Source of the DNA: an uncultured Candidatus Saccharibacteria bacterium
Lineage (GTDB): Bacteria; Patescibacteriota; Minisyncoccia; Phycocordibacterales; DATGWK01
Direction: 5' to 3'
Length of the DNA stretch: 64,000 nucleotides
NCBI GenBank assembly: GCA_964428845.1
Contig: CAYRZH010000001.1
Span: forward strand, 74,990-138,989
Every line of letters starts with the position of its first letter. The first letter of the stretch is position 1. Below, in pieces: positions 54,396-63,634 of the stretch. Position numbers and translations under genes: made by a program. The notes under the pieces were generated by a model. It ran no database searches and was not told where the DNA came from. It saw only the letters and a program-made list of their open reading frames with translations.

Positions 54396-55061
54396 ATGGC
54401 AACGGCAGCAAAAGCTACTCAAGAGTTCGTCCCTATAAAAGAAGTGCGGGACGGAATAGTTGTCCTCAAAGACGGCTCGCTACGAGCAGTTGTACTTGCT
54501 TCATCTCTCAATTTTTCTCTAAAGTCCGATGATGAGAGGCAGGCTATCCTTCTTCAGTTCCAAGATTTTTTAAATTCACTCGATTTTTCTGTGCAAATTT
54601 CTGTCCAATCCAGAAAGCTCGACATAAGACCGTACATTGCTCTCCTTGAGCAACAAGAAAAGAAGCAAACGAATGACCTCATGAAGATACAGGTTCAAGA
54701 ATATATAGAATTCATAAAAAGTTTTACCGAAAATACGAACATAATGACCAAACACTTCTTTGTAATAGTCCCTTTTTCTCCAACAATGATCGGGCCGAAG
54801 TCGGGCAGTGGATTTTTCGGTGGCATAAAAAGCGCTCTGCCTAGCGCCAAAAAGGGAGGAGTCGAGATCAGTGATGAGGTTTTTGAGGAGTATCGAACCC
54901 AGCTCGCCCAAAGAGTTTCTGTGGTAGAGCAAGGCCTTGTCCGATGCGGAGTTCGGGTAGCAGAACTTGGAACAGAAGAGGTTGTCGAACTCTTCTACAA
55001 ACTCTTCAACCCTGGCGAGGCCGAGAAGCCGATTCAGCTTGACCAAAACACAACCCAATAA
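54396..55061 (+). CDS. TraC/VirB4 N-terminal-like T4SS protein
   Basis: SLNFSLKS.DE..AI...FQ.FLNSLDF.VQI. Confidence 0.7.
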   Translation: MATAAKATQEFVPIKEVRDGIVVLKDGSLRAVVLASSLNFSLKSDDERQAILLQFQDFLNSLDFSVQISVQSRKLDIRPYIALLEQQEKKQTNDLMKIQVQEYIEFIKSFTENTNIMTKHFFVIVPFSPTMIGPKSGSGFFGGIKSALPSAKKGGVEISDEVFEEYRTQLAQRVSVVEQGLVRCGVRVAELGTEEVVELFYKLFNPGEAEKPIQLDQNTTQ

Positions 55062-55063
55062 AC

Positions 55064-56887
55064 ATGTCATTTTTAGGTAATATTTTTAAAAGGAAAGAGA
55101 AGATCGAACGAAATCCGATAGCACCATTTTTGCCGCAACAAATCTATGACGCCGGGGCACTCGAATTCAAGGATGTTATCGCCCCAAGTGCACTTAAGAT
55201 CGGTCCACGCGACCTAAACCTCGGAGACAAACTCGTAAGAACTTTCTTCGTCATCTCCTACCCGCGATTCTTGAGCGAAAGCTGGTTTGCTCCGATCATA
55301 AACCTCGATAAGGTTTTCGACGTGTCTATCTTTGTTCACCCAGTAGACACAGTAAAAGCTCTGCGAGAGTTCCAGAAAAAAGTAGCGGAGGTCCAGAGCC
55401 AGATACACGAGAGGGAGGCTAAGGGCATGGTGCGCGATCCAATGCTCGACACCGCACACGAAGATCTTGAGGACTTACGTGATAGCTTACAGCAGGCACG
55501 CGAAAAGCTTTTCGACGTAGCCCTCTATATCTCGATCTATGCAGAAAGTGAGACAGAGCTCGATAAGGTGGAGTCTGAAATCAAATCCATCCTCGAGTCA
55601 AAACTTATATACGTAAAACCAGCTCTATTCCAACAAGAACAAGGTTTCAAAAGTGTCATCCCGATCGCAACCGACATCCTAGAAGTTCACTCGAAACTAA
55701 ACTCTTCTCCACTATCAAGCATTTTCCCATTTATCTCTTTTGACCTTACATCCAACAAAGGAATTCTCTACGGCGTAAATCGCCACAACTCAAGCCTCGT
55801 GCTTTTTGATCGCTTTTCTATGGAAAATTACAACTCCATTACCTTCGCAAAATCAGGAGCCGGAAAATCTTATGCCATAAAGCTCGAGATCTTGCGAACA
55901 CTTATGTTTGACACAGAAGTGATCGTTATCGACCCAGAACGAGAGTATGAATACATGGCCGAGACGGTGGGCGGTAGGTATTTTAAGATTTCCCTTACTT
56001 CAGATCACCATATCAATCCATTCGACCTTCCACCAGCAAACGAAGACGAGCCAGCCGCTTCCGTACTTCGCTCAAATATCATTAATTTGATTGGTCTTTT
56101 CCGACTGATGATGGGCGGCCTTACACCAGAAGAAGACGCTATTATCGATCGAGCTATCACGGAAACTTATGCCCTCAAAGACATCACAGCAGATTCTGAC
56201 TTCAGAAATATTGAGCCGCCCCTTATGTCAGATTTTGAGTTGGTACTCTCTGGCATGGAGGGCGGTGAGTCGCTCGCCCAACGACTTAGCAAGTACACCA
56301 AGGGCACATGGGCGGGTTTTATAAATCGACCCACAAATATCGATATAAATAAAAAGTTTGTTGTCTTCTCACTTCGAGACATGGAGGACGAGCTGAAACC
56401 GATCGCCATGTATATTGTCACTCACTACATCTGGGGGGCAATAAGAAGAGAGTTGAAACGACGACTCTTGGTAATAGACGAGGCTTGGTGGATGATGAAA
56501 TCCGAAGATACCGCATCTTTCCTGCTTTCGCTCGCAAAACGTGGAAGGAAATATTATCTCGGGCTCGCTACTATCACCCAGGACGTCGACGATTTCATGA
56601 AATCGCCTTATGGCCTTCCGATCATTACCAATTCGTCTATACAAGTACTTCTCAAACAATCACCGACGTCTATCGACTCACTCCAGCAAACATTCAATCT
56701 AACAGATGAAGAAAAATATCTGCTGCTCGAAAGTGATGTGGGGGAGGGGATCTTCTTCGCTGGCCTCAAGCACGTGGCCATAAAGGTTATCGCTTCCTAC
56801 ACAGAAGATCAGATAATCACTTCCGATCCATCACAGATACTTTCAATCCAAAAATCACGAGAAGAGTTAGAGGCAACTGGAGGTTAA
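55064..56887 (+). CDS. VirB4-like T4SS ATPase
   Basis: Walker A AKSGAGKS, VIDPEREY, Walker B LVIDEAW, KRGRKY, ITQD. Confidence 0.9.
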   Translation: MSFLGNIFKRKEKIERNPIAPFLPQQIYDAGALEFKDVIAPSALKIGPRDLNLGDKLVRTFFVISYPRFLSESWFAPIINLDKVFDVSIFVHPVDTVKALREFQKKVAEVQSQIHEREAKGMVRDPMLDTAHEDLEDLRDSLQQAREKLFDVALYISIYAESETELDKVESEIKSILESKLIYVKPALFQQEQGFKSVIPIATDILEVHSKLNSSPLSSIFPFISFDLTSNKGILYGVNRHNSSLVLFDRFSMENYNSITFAKSGAGKSYAIKLEILRTLMFDTEVIVIDPEREYEYMAETVGGRYFKISLTSDHHINPFDLPPANEDEPAASVLRSNIINLIGLFRLMMGGLTPEEDAIIDRAITETYALKDITADSDFRNIEPPLMSDFELVLSGMEGGESLAQRLSKYTKGTWAGFINRPTNIDINKKFVVFSLRDMEDELKPIAMYIVTHYIWGAIRRELKRRLLVIDEAWWMMKSEDTASFLLSLAKRGRKYYLGLATITQDVDDFMKSPYGLPIITNSSIQVLLKQSPTSIDSLQQTFNLTDEEKYLLLESDVGEGIFFAGLKHVAIKVIASYTEDQIITSDPSQILSIQKSREELEATGG

Positions 56888-56893
56888 AACAAC

Positions 56894-57289
56894 ATGGATA
56901 ATGGCGAAAGAAAAATAAACAATACCACGCTCGCCTTTATGCTCGTTGTGGCGGGAGCGATCGACCTAGTCCAATTTTTTTTAGGACTATTGTTCGTCGG
57001 CTTGTTTATGAACTGGGCAATAAGCATCATCGTTTGGTTAACATTTTATCTATGGTTCAAGATAAAGGGCGTTGATTTCTTCTACAACCCATGGAGGGTG
57101 CTCGGTTTTGGAGGAGGCCTCGTGGCCGAGGTTGTACCGATCTTAAACCTCCTCCCAGTTTGGACGGCTGCAGTTATTTTTGTAGCCTTATCCCAAAGGG
57201 CAGAGGAGGCGGCGAAAAAGGGAGGGGTGGTCGGCAACGTGGCCAAAGTAGCGAATACTACAGCCACAACATTCAAGAAAGCGGCTTAA
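56894..57289 (+). CDS. Hypothetical membrane protein
   Basis: Three to four TMs; EVVPILNLLP.WT. Confidence 0.7.
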   Translation: MDNGERKINNTTLAFMLVVAGAIDLVQFFLGLLFVGLFMNWAISIIVWLTFYLWFKIKGVDFFYNPWRVLGFGGGLVAEVVPILNLLPVWTAAVIFVALSQRAEEAAKKGGVVGNVAKVANTTATTFKKAA

Positions 57290-57319
57290 TAGGCAAAGTT
57301 ACTGTGGTAGAATAAGAGT

Positions 57320-58327
57320 TTGAGTATGGTCCAGTCTAAACCTTTGAAAAAGAGTTCCTTCTGGTTATTTAAGATAAGTTTTTTGCTTTTTTTTCTTACT
57401 TTTTCGGCACAAGTAGGGGCTCAAACATTTGGTGAGACACTCGATCTTACTGTCTCTCCCAAGAATCCTACGCCTTTCGGTCATGTATATATGAGTGTAA
57501 AAAGCGTCGTTCAGGATTTGAATACAAAAGAAGTAACTTGGTATTTAAATGGAAAGGTGGCACGGCGTGGAATAGGGGAGAAGAGCTTTGAGTTTGACTT
57601 AGGGGGTCTCGGCAGTGTCTCCTCTGTCGGCGTAAGCGCTGGCGGTCTTTCAAAAAATATTGATATAAGACCGACAGATGTTGATTTGGTTTGGGAATCT
57701 GACGGATTTACTCCACCCTTCTACAAAGGCAAAGGCTTGCGCGCCTTTCAGGGGAATTTGAGAGTTATTGCAATTCCACACTTCATTACACCCCAAGGCA
57801 CAACATTAAATCCAAAAGATCTTATTTATTCTTGGTACAACGGTAACATTTTAAATGCTAGTGCCTCTGGTTATGGAAAAAATTCTCTAACATACGCCGG
57901 TTCAGTAATATCACGGCCCCTGAATATTGAAGTCCGAGTTTCTTCAAGAGACGGTTCCTATCAGGGAGGTAAAGAAATCATCGTCGAAGAAACTACCCCG
58001 GCCCTGCTCATCTACGAAGACCACCCTCTCTACGGCGTACTTTATAACAACGCACTTGGCGGAAAAGAATTTAGCCTAAAAGACAGAGAAGTGAAGATAA
58101 CGGCCGTTCCTTACTTCTTTTCGACAAAAAATAAGGGTGACGCAAAGTTAAAATATTCTTGGAGTATAAATGGTTCACTGCGCGAGGGGTCCAACTTTAA
58201 AGACTCTGTCATATTCAGACAAGAGGGCAATGTGGCCGGCCTCTCAAGTGTTTCACTTTTGGTGGAAAATAAACAAGAGTTCTTGCAGGCTTCTCGGGCG
58301 GCGTTTGGAATAAGATTTGAAAAATAA
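57320..58327 (+). CDS. Secreted Ig-like hypothetical protein
   Basis: Signal peptide, beta-rich; WE.DGFTPPFYKGK. Confidence 0.7.
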   Translation: MSMVQSKPLKKSSFWLFKISFLLFFLTFSAQVGAQTFGETLDLTVSPKNPTPFGHVYMSVKSVVQDLNTKEVTWYLNGKVARRGIGEKSFEFDLGGLGSVSSVGVSAGGLSKNIDIRPTDVDLVWESDGFTPPFYKGKGLRAFQGNLRVIAIPHFITPQGTTLNPKDLIYSWYNGNILNASASGYGKNSLTYAGSVISRPLNIEVRVSSRDGSYQGGKEIIVEETTPALLIYEDHPLYGVLYNNALGGKEFSLKDREVKITAVPYFFSTKNKGDAKLKYSWSINGSLREGSNFKDSVIFRQEGNVAGLSSVSLLVENKQEFLQASRAAFGIRFEK

Positions 58328-59051
58328 AATGCAAATTAAACTTTTAAAACGATCGAGTAGAAAAAGTTTTGCAATCCTCTCCATTTTCTGTCTGGTATTG
58401 CTTTTTGGACTATCGATATCGAATACACTCTACGTTGAGGCGCAGCCAGACCCATCACCTTTCGGGGAATACGAGCCTCTAGAACCACTTTCAAACACAT
58501 TGACCAACCAGAGTGTATCTACCAATCTTGCGCAGTACGCGAGAGGTCTCTTCGGCCTTTTAATAGGGGTGGCGGCGGGACTCGCAGTGATAATGATCAT
58601 TATTGGAGGTATCCAATACATGTCGACCGATGCAATAAGCGGGAAGTCCGAAGGGAAAGAAAAAATAAGGCAGGCGCTTTACGGTCTTCTTCTGGCGATG
58701 GCTTCCTGGCTCATACTCTTCACGATAAATCCAGAACTTTTGGACTTCGGTCTTTTGAATAGTATCCCGCAGACACCGGTGGTAACGCCAACAAACACAG
58801 GATCGACAACCCCACCGTCAGTGGCGCAATTTGTAAATACTCCAAACTGGCCAGGGTGGTACGTTCGACAGAAATATCAGTGTGAATATCCTCCAGACAA
58901 CAGCGGTCCGCATTTTGTTTACTACGGTCCCCTTGAAGAAGAGAGATGCAGATATCTCCTTTCGGCGTCTTTCCAGGAATATAATTGTTATCATAACCCC
59001 TCCATAAATATGATCATATTATCGGAGGAATGTGTTCCGTTTGATCCGTAA
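58317..59051 (+). CDS. VirB2/TrbC-like pilin with C-terminal Cys domain
   Basis: GLAVIMIIIGGIQYM......GKEKI..ALYGLLLA..SWLIL.TINP. Confidence 0.78.
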   Translation: MKNKMQIKLLKRSSRKSFAILSIFCLVLLFGLSISNTLYVEAQPDPSPFGEYEPLEPLSNTLTNQSVSTNLAQYARGLFGLLIGVAAGLAVIMIIIGGIQYMSTDAISGKSEGKEKIRQALYGLLLAMASWLILFTINPELLDFGLLNSIPQTPVVTPTNTGSTTPPSVAQFVNTPNWPGWYVRQKYQCEYPPDNSGPHFVYYGPLEEERCRYLLSASFQEYNCYHNPSINMIILSEECVPFDP

Positions 59052-59074
59052 CCTCATTTGAAAAAATTGGCCTC

Positions 59075-60367
59075 ATGAAAAAAATCCTCACAATAATCAT
59101 AATAATCCTCATCATCGTCGCAGTAGGCTTTGGCGCATACTGGTTTTTCGACAAGCAGGAAACGGGTGGGGAGGGGAGTTTCAATATTAGCGACTACTTT
59201 CCTTTCGGCCGAGGGCCAGAGTCTCCTGTGCCTGAACCAACTGGGGGCAACAACACTCCAAACACCGGTGGGGTCCCGGAACCAGGCAGTGGCACTAGCG
59301 AGGTAACACTCACCCCACGTATCTGGCAGATTTCAGAAAATCCACAGTCTGGTGCGGTTATATTCCAAACAAAAGACGCCAGTGGCACCAGCACAGCCGT
59401 TCGATATCTAGACCGAGCCACGGGTAATGTATTCGAGAGTAAACTTTCAGTCCTCGGCCGAAAAAGAGTTTCCCTTACAACAATCCCGAAGGTTCACGAG
59501 GCTTTGTGGTTGCCTGGAGGTGGGTCGCTGATCTTGAGATACCTGCCTGATGATAGTAGTGATATAAAAAATCTTTACGCAAAAATAATTCCGCAAACCG
59601 CTACAACTTCCGAGATCGGAGGGGAAGAACTGCAAGAACTTCAGGGAACTTTTCTTCCTGGAGGCTTGAGTGGCATTGCGATCGAGGCAGGGAACACCGG
59701 AAATGAGAGAATCTTTTATCTGGGAGAAAGTCAGACGGGGGGAATGTCGGGTTTTATCTCAAATCCGGATGGAAGCAAGATTTCTGTTGTGTTTGATTCT
59801 CCAGTTCGTGGGTGGCTATCTTCATGGCCCAAAAAAGAGATAGTGGCCTTAAACACCAAGCCGAGCGCTGGAGTCCCTGGCTACTTATATTTTGTCGACA
59901 CCAAGTCGGGATCTTTCAAAAAAATCTTGGGTGGAATAAAAGGCCTAACCACCCTTACAAAACCCGACGGGAAACAAGTTTTGTATGCTGAAAGCAAATC
60001 TAGCGGTATCTCTTTGGGAATCATTTCAACAAATTCAACCCAAAACTTCGCCCTTCCACAGAAGACACTGCCAGAAAAATGCGTGTGGAGTACTCTTAAA
60101 GAATCCGTAATCTATTGCGCTGTTCCAAAATTTCTACTAGACGCCCAATACCCAGACGCGTGGTACCAAGGGGCTCTATCTTTCAATGACTCAATATGGA
60201 GAATAAATGCGTCGACAAGTGAATCAGAGATGATTGTTGATCCAAGGGTGGCGATGGACAGAGAGGTTGATGCTGTAAATCTTGCTCTCGACAAGGATGA
60301 GAAGTTTTTGATCTTCACAAACAAGAAAGATTACCAGTTGTGGGGGGTTAGATTGTTGGAACAGTAA
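59075..60367 (+). CDS. Membrane-anchored beta-propeller-like hypothetical protein
   Basis: N-terminal TM, beta-rich repeats (PDG), LPEKCVW, YPDAWYQG. Confidence 0.65.
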   Translation: MKKILTIIIIILIIVAVGFGAYWFFDKQETGGEGSFNISDYFPFGRGPESPVPEPTGGNNTPNTGGVPEPGSGTSEVTLTPRIWQISENPQSGAVIFQTKDASGTSTAVRYLDRATGNVFESKLSVLGRKRVSLTTIPKVHEALWLPGGGSLILRYLPDDSSDIKNLYAKIIPQTATTSEIGGEELQELQGTFLPGGLSGIAIEAGNTGNERIFYLGESQTGGMSGFISNPDGSKISVVFDSPVRGWLSSWPKKEIVALNTKPSAGVPGYLYFVDTKSGSFKKILGGIKGLTTLTKPDGKQVLYAESKSSGISLGIISTNSTQNFALPQKTLPEKCVWSTLKESVIYCAVPKFLLDAQYPDAWYQGALSFNDSIWRINASTSESEMIVDPRVAMDREVDAVNLALDKDEKFLIFTNKKDYQLWGVRLLEQ

Positions 60368-60369
60368 AA

Positions 60370-60564
60370 GAATGGGGGAGTTCGAGTGGGCACCGAAGTG
60401 AGGTGCACAATATCATCTTCGGGATACGCATAATTTTCTACTGAAAATTTGCTCCCTCTCGGCCGCCTACGCGGCCTCCGAGAGCCCCCTCCGACGATAT
60501 TGTGCACCTCTCTTAAGTTTTGCGAGATTCCGTCTCGGTGTCTACTCGGGTTCCCCCAACATTC
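60370..60564 (+). repeat. Intergenic fold-back element (family member 5)
   Basis: Outer 23-bp helix with six G-U pairs on the plus strand; inner perfect GAGGTGCACAATATC/GATATTGTGCACCTC; both shared cores at 60426-60480. Confidence 0.8.
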
Positions 60565-60573
60565 CCTCGACAT

Positions 60574-61320
60574 TCAACCAATTTTAGACTTCACCGTCCT
60601 TCTGATGACAAGCTCTTGCCCGATTGTAAAGATATTACTCGTGATCCAATAGATAGCGATCGCTCCAGAAATACTCCAAGAGATAAAGAAGGCTAGAACT
60701 GGAAAGACGTAGCGCATCTGGATATTCATACTTCTAGCAAGATCTTCTTTGAATGTGTTTGCTTTTGGTGTCACGCCTGGCCCTGTGGCGGTCTTTGGCT
60801 TCGGTGGCATCGACAGACGGATCTGGACGTATGTCGAAACCCCAGCGATAAGCGCTAGAATCAAGCTTTTTCCGGAAATATCTACTAGATCAAGAAATTT
60901 GATGTTTATGTGGGCCGGGATTGAAACAAAAGAGTAGAGTAGCTCTGTGTTTATGGATGGGAGACCAGAGGACAAAAAAACCTTATAGAGAGCAAAGATG
61001 ACCGGCAGCTGGATGAGGATAAGGAGAATGCTAGAGAACGGGTTTATCCCTTGTTCTTTGTAAAGCTTCATCGTCTGGCGAGCCTGCTCCTGTTTATCCT
61101 CTTTGTATTTTTCCCTTATGGAGGCAAGCTCTGGCTCAACCTTCTTCATTCTAAGTTGTGTCGTTATGGCCTTTTTCGAGAGAGGGAAGAGAATGAGTTT
61201 GACGATAATGGTTAGAATAACTATTGCCACACCAGCATCGATCCACGAACTAATGTCCATCAAAAAAATCAACCCGTTATAGAGGGGTTGGTAGATGAGG
61301 GTATTATAAAGATAAGACAT
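60574..61320 (-). CDS. yidC: Membrane protein insertase YidC
   Basis: AIVILTIIVKLILFPL, LYKEQGINP, IQLPV, IYWITSN. Confidence 0.95.
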   Translation of the reverse strand: MSYLYNTLIYQPLYNGLIFLMDISSWIDAGVAIVILTIIVKLILFPLSKKAITTQLRMKKVEPELASIREKYKEDKQEQARQTMKLYKEQGINPFSSILLILIQLPVIFALYKVFLSSGLPSINTELLYSFVSIPAHINIKFLDLVDISGKSLILALIAGVSTYVQIRLSMPPKPKTATGPGVTPKANTFKEDLARSMNIQMRYVFPVLAFFISWSISGAIAIYWITSNIFTIGQELVIRRTVKSKIG

Positions 61321-61351
61321 CAGGTTATTCTACGCCGCTCCGGCCCTTTTT

Positions 61352-61693
61352 TCAATCGATAAGATTATTTTTAGCCAACAGCAACCCAATAGCGTCTGAA
61401 AGCTCCACGAATGAAAGATTTTGAATTCCTTTTTTCACAAACAAAGCAATCGTGTATTGGCTTTTGATTTTCGGACCCAGGTTTCGGATGGCATGATAAC
61501 ACCTACGCTTGATCTTGTTGCGTAATACTGCCGTGTTGGCAACTTTTTTTGAAACCACAACAGAAAAAGTCGATGAGATTCTTTTTTCTGACTTTAAATA
61601 ACGAATGGAAAAATGCGGTGACGATCCATACGCCCCGTGAGCCAACAGCTCTTTGAACGCGAGCTTTGTAATTCGCTTCGAGCGCTGCAACAT
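61352..61693 (-). CDS. rnpA: RNase P protein
   Basis: VVSKKVANTAVLRNKIKRR; conserved position between rpmH and yidC. Confidence 0.92.
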   Translation of the reverse strand: MLQRSKRITKLAFKELLAHGAYGSSPHFSIRYLKSEKRISSTFSVVVSKKVANTAVLRNKIKRRCYHAIRNLGPKIKSQYTIALFVKKGIQNLSFVELSDAIGLLLAKNNLID

Positions 61694-61706
61694 TTTTCGT
61701 AAAAAC

Positions 61707-61841
61707 CTATACTACTAGCCTTTTTCTGCCCTTACTTCGCCTTCTTTTGACGGTCCTTCTTCCGCCCGGGGTTCTTTTCCTCAAGAGAAAGCCGTGGGAT
61801 CGAGCTCTTTTTCGTTTCTTGGGTTGGTATGTTTGAGACAT
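61707..61841 (-). CDS. rpmH: 50S ribosomal protein L34 (absent from the ORF track)
   Basis: Manual translation: [44 protein letters not shown]. Confidence 0.95.
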   Translation of the reverse strand: MSQTYQPKKRKRARSHGFLLRKRTPGGRRTVKRRRSKGRKRLVV

Positions 61842-61997
61842 ATAGGGTAACTGTACATTAGGGGGGGAATGATTTCAAGTTTTTTCTCCTTTTTGGCTCT
61901 TCACATCTTGTTAACATTTTATGAACATGCCCCCGATCTAAGTTCAAGTATCGCGTGGGTTGAATGAGTATATAATGTTTCAAACCGCAGAACTTCT

Positions 61998-63377
61998 ATG
62001 GATAACAATAAAATCTGGGATAGCGTATTGGTAGAAATAGAACTTACCGTCTCCAAACCAAACTTCAATACTTGGTTTAAAGATACCCACATCTCAAAAC
62101 AAGAGAATGGGGTAGTTTTTGTAAGTGTCCCCAACAATTTTGTCCGCGAATGGCTCATAAAAAAGTACCACTCTTTTATTTTGAGATCTTTGCGAAACCT
62201 TTCTCCGACAGTCCGCTCACTTGAGTATGTAGTAAGCAAAGACGAACCGCGAAAAAAGGCCTCTGTTGAGCCAAACAATAGCGGTCGCCCCACCCTAGAT
62301 GCCCCTTCAGGTGAACTGCCTCTAAACGATTTTTATATAAACAAAGAAGACAACCTAAACCCCCGATATACCTTCGAATCTTTCATAGTTGGGCCCTTCA
62401 ACGAGCTTGCTTACGCAGCTTCCCAGGCGATTATAAAAAAGCCCGGCATAGTATATAACCCTCTTTTTGTTTACGGGAACACTGGGCACGGCAAGACCCA
62501 CCTTATCCAAGCCGTAGGCAACCACATGAAACACACCTTTCCAGAACTCCGAATACACTACGTAACTTCAGAAAAATTTGCCACGGATTACATAAACTCT
62601 ATTCATAACGCCCACGGCGACCCCAACAAAGTCAATAATTTTAAAGAGAAGTATAGGAAATATGACATTTTGATCATGGACGACATTCAGTTTTTGTCTA
62701 AAACAGAAAAAACCCAAGAAGAACTGTTCCATTTGTTCAACAGCCTATACGACAACAACAAACAAATCATTTTCTCGTCAGACAAGCACCCAAACTACAT
62801 CCCCAACCTAGAAGACAGGCTCCGCTCCAGGTTTGGCGCTGGTATGATCGTGGACATTCCTGCCCCAGACCATGAGTCTAGAATCGCTATACTGAAGGCC
62901 AAATTGAGCTCTGGGGTGGTTAGTTTGAGTGATGAGGTGATCGATTTTCTAGCCTCCACCATTTCCACAAATATTCGAGAACTTGAGGGAGTTTTGAACT
63001 CCGTGCTCTGTCAATTACAGCTCAAGGGAAGGGAGTTGACCCTTCAGGAGGTTAAAAATCTTATAAAAAACAACGCTCGCCCGGCCAAAAAGACCTTGTC
63101 TGCAAAGGAGGTTATAAAAATCGTGGCAGACTTCTTCAATATTGAGGAAGAAAGTATTTACGAGAAGACAAGGAAGAAAGAAATTATAAAACCAAGACAA
63201 ATAACCATGTATATTCTCCGAGAGGACTTCAATATCTCTTACCCTTCCATTGGTGAGAAGATTGGGGGAAGGGATCACACGACAGTTATCCATTCTTGCG
63301 AAAAAATAAAGAGGGATTTGAAGATTGATGCTGGGTTGGTTCAAGAACTTAACCAGATCAGGGCAATGATTGTGTAA
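61998..63377 (+). CDS. dnaA: Replication initiator DnaA
   Basis: LNPRYTFESF, YNPLFVYGNTGHGKTHL, DDIQF, RLRSRF, GGRDHTTVIH. Confidence 0.98.
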   Translation: MDNNKIWDSVLVEIELTVSKPNFNTWFKDTHISKQENGVVFVSVPNNFVREWLIKKYHSFILRSLRNLSPTVRSLEYVVSKDEPRKKASVEPNNSGRPTLDAPSGELPLNDFYINKEDNLNPRYTFESFIVGPFNELAYAASQAIIKKPGIVYNPLFVYGNTGHGKTHLIQAVGNHMKHTFPELRIHYVTSEKFATDYINSIHNAHGDPNKVNNFKEKYRKYDILIMDDIQFLSKTEKTQEELFHLFNSLYDNNKQIIFSSDKHPNYIPNLEDRLRSRFGAGMIVDIPAPDHESRIAILKAKLSSGVVSLSDEVIDFLASTISTNIRELEGVLNSVLCQLQLKGRELTLQEVKNLIKNNARPAKKTLSAKEVIKIVADFFNIEEESIYEKTRKKEIIKPRQITMYILREDFNISYPSIGEKIGGRDHTTVIHSCEKIKRDLKIDAGLVQELNQIRAMIV

Positions 63378-63634
63378 ATTTATCATTGTTGATATGGTGT
63401 GGGTGTGAATGTAGAAGTTTTCTGAAATGTTTGTGGAAAACCACCGGACAAATCCCAAAAATAGAAACTGGATTTGAAATAACGAACAATTCGCCAAACA
63501 AAATCCACAAAAGAAACAAAAAAGTTTTGCCAAAAAAGCCCCAGAATTAAACAAAAAAATGACTTATCAAGATATTAACAGGCCTAATAGTAGTAATGAA
63601 TTTTATATAGAGTAATTGTACAAAACCTACCAAC
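63378..63634. other. Putative oriC with basal unwinding site
   Basis: dnaA-dnaN intergenic region; degenerate DnaA boxes; TTATCAAGA-TATTAACA-GGCC-TAATAGTAGTAA (63564-63596), then an AT-rich tract. Confidence 0.75.
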
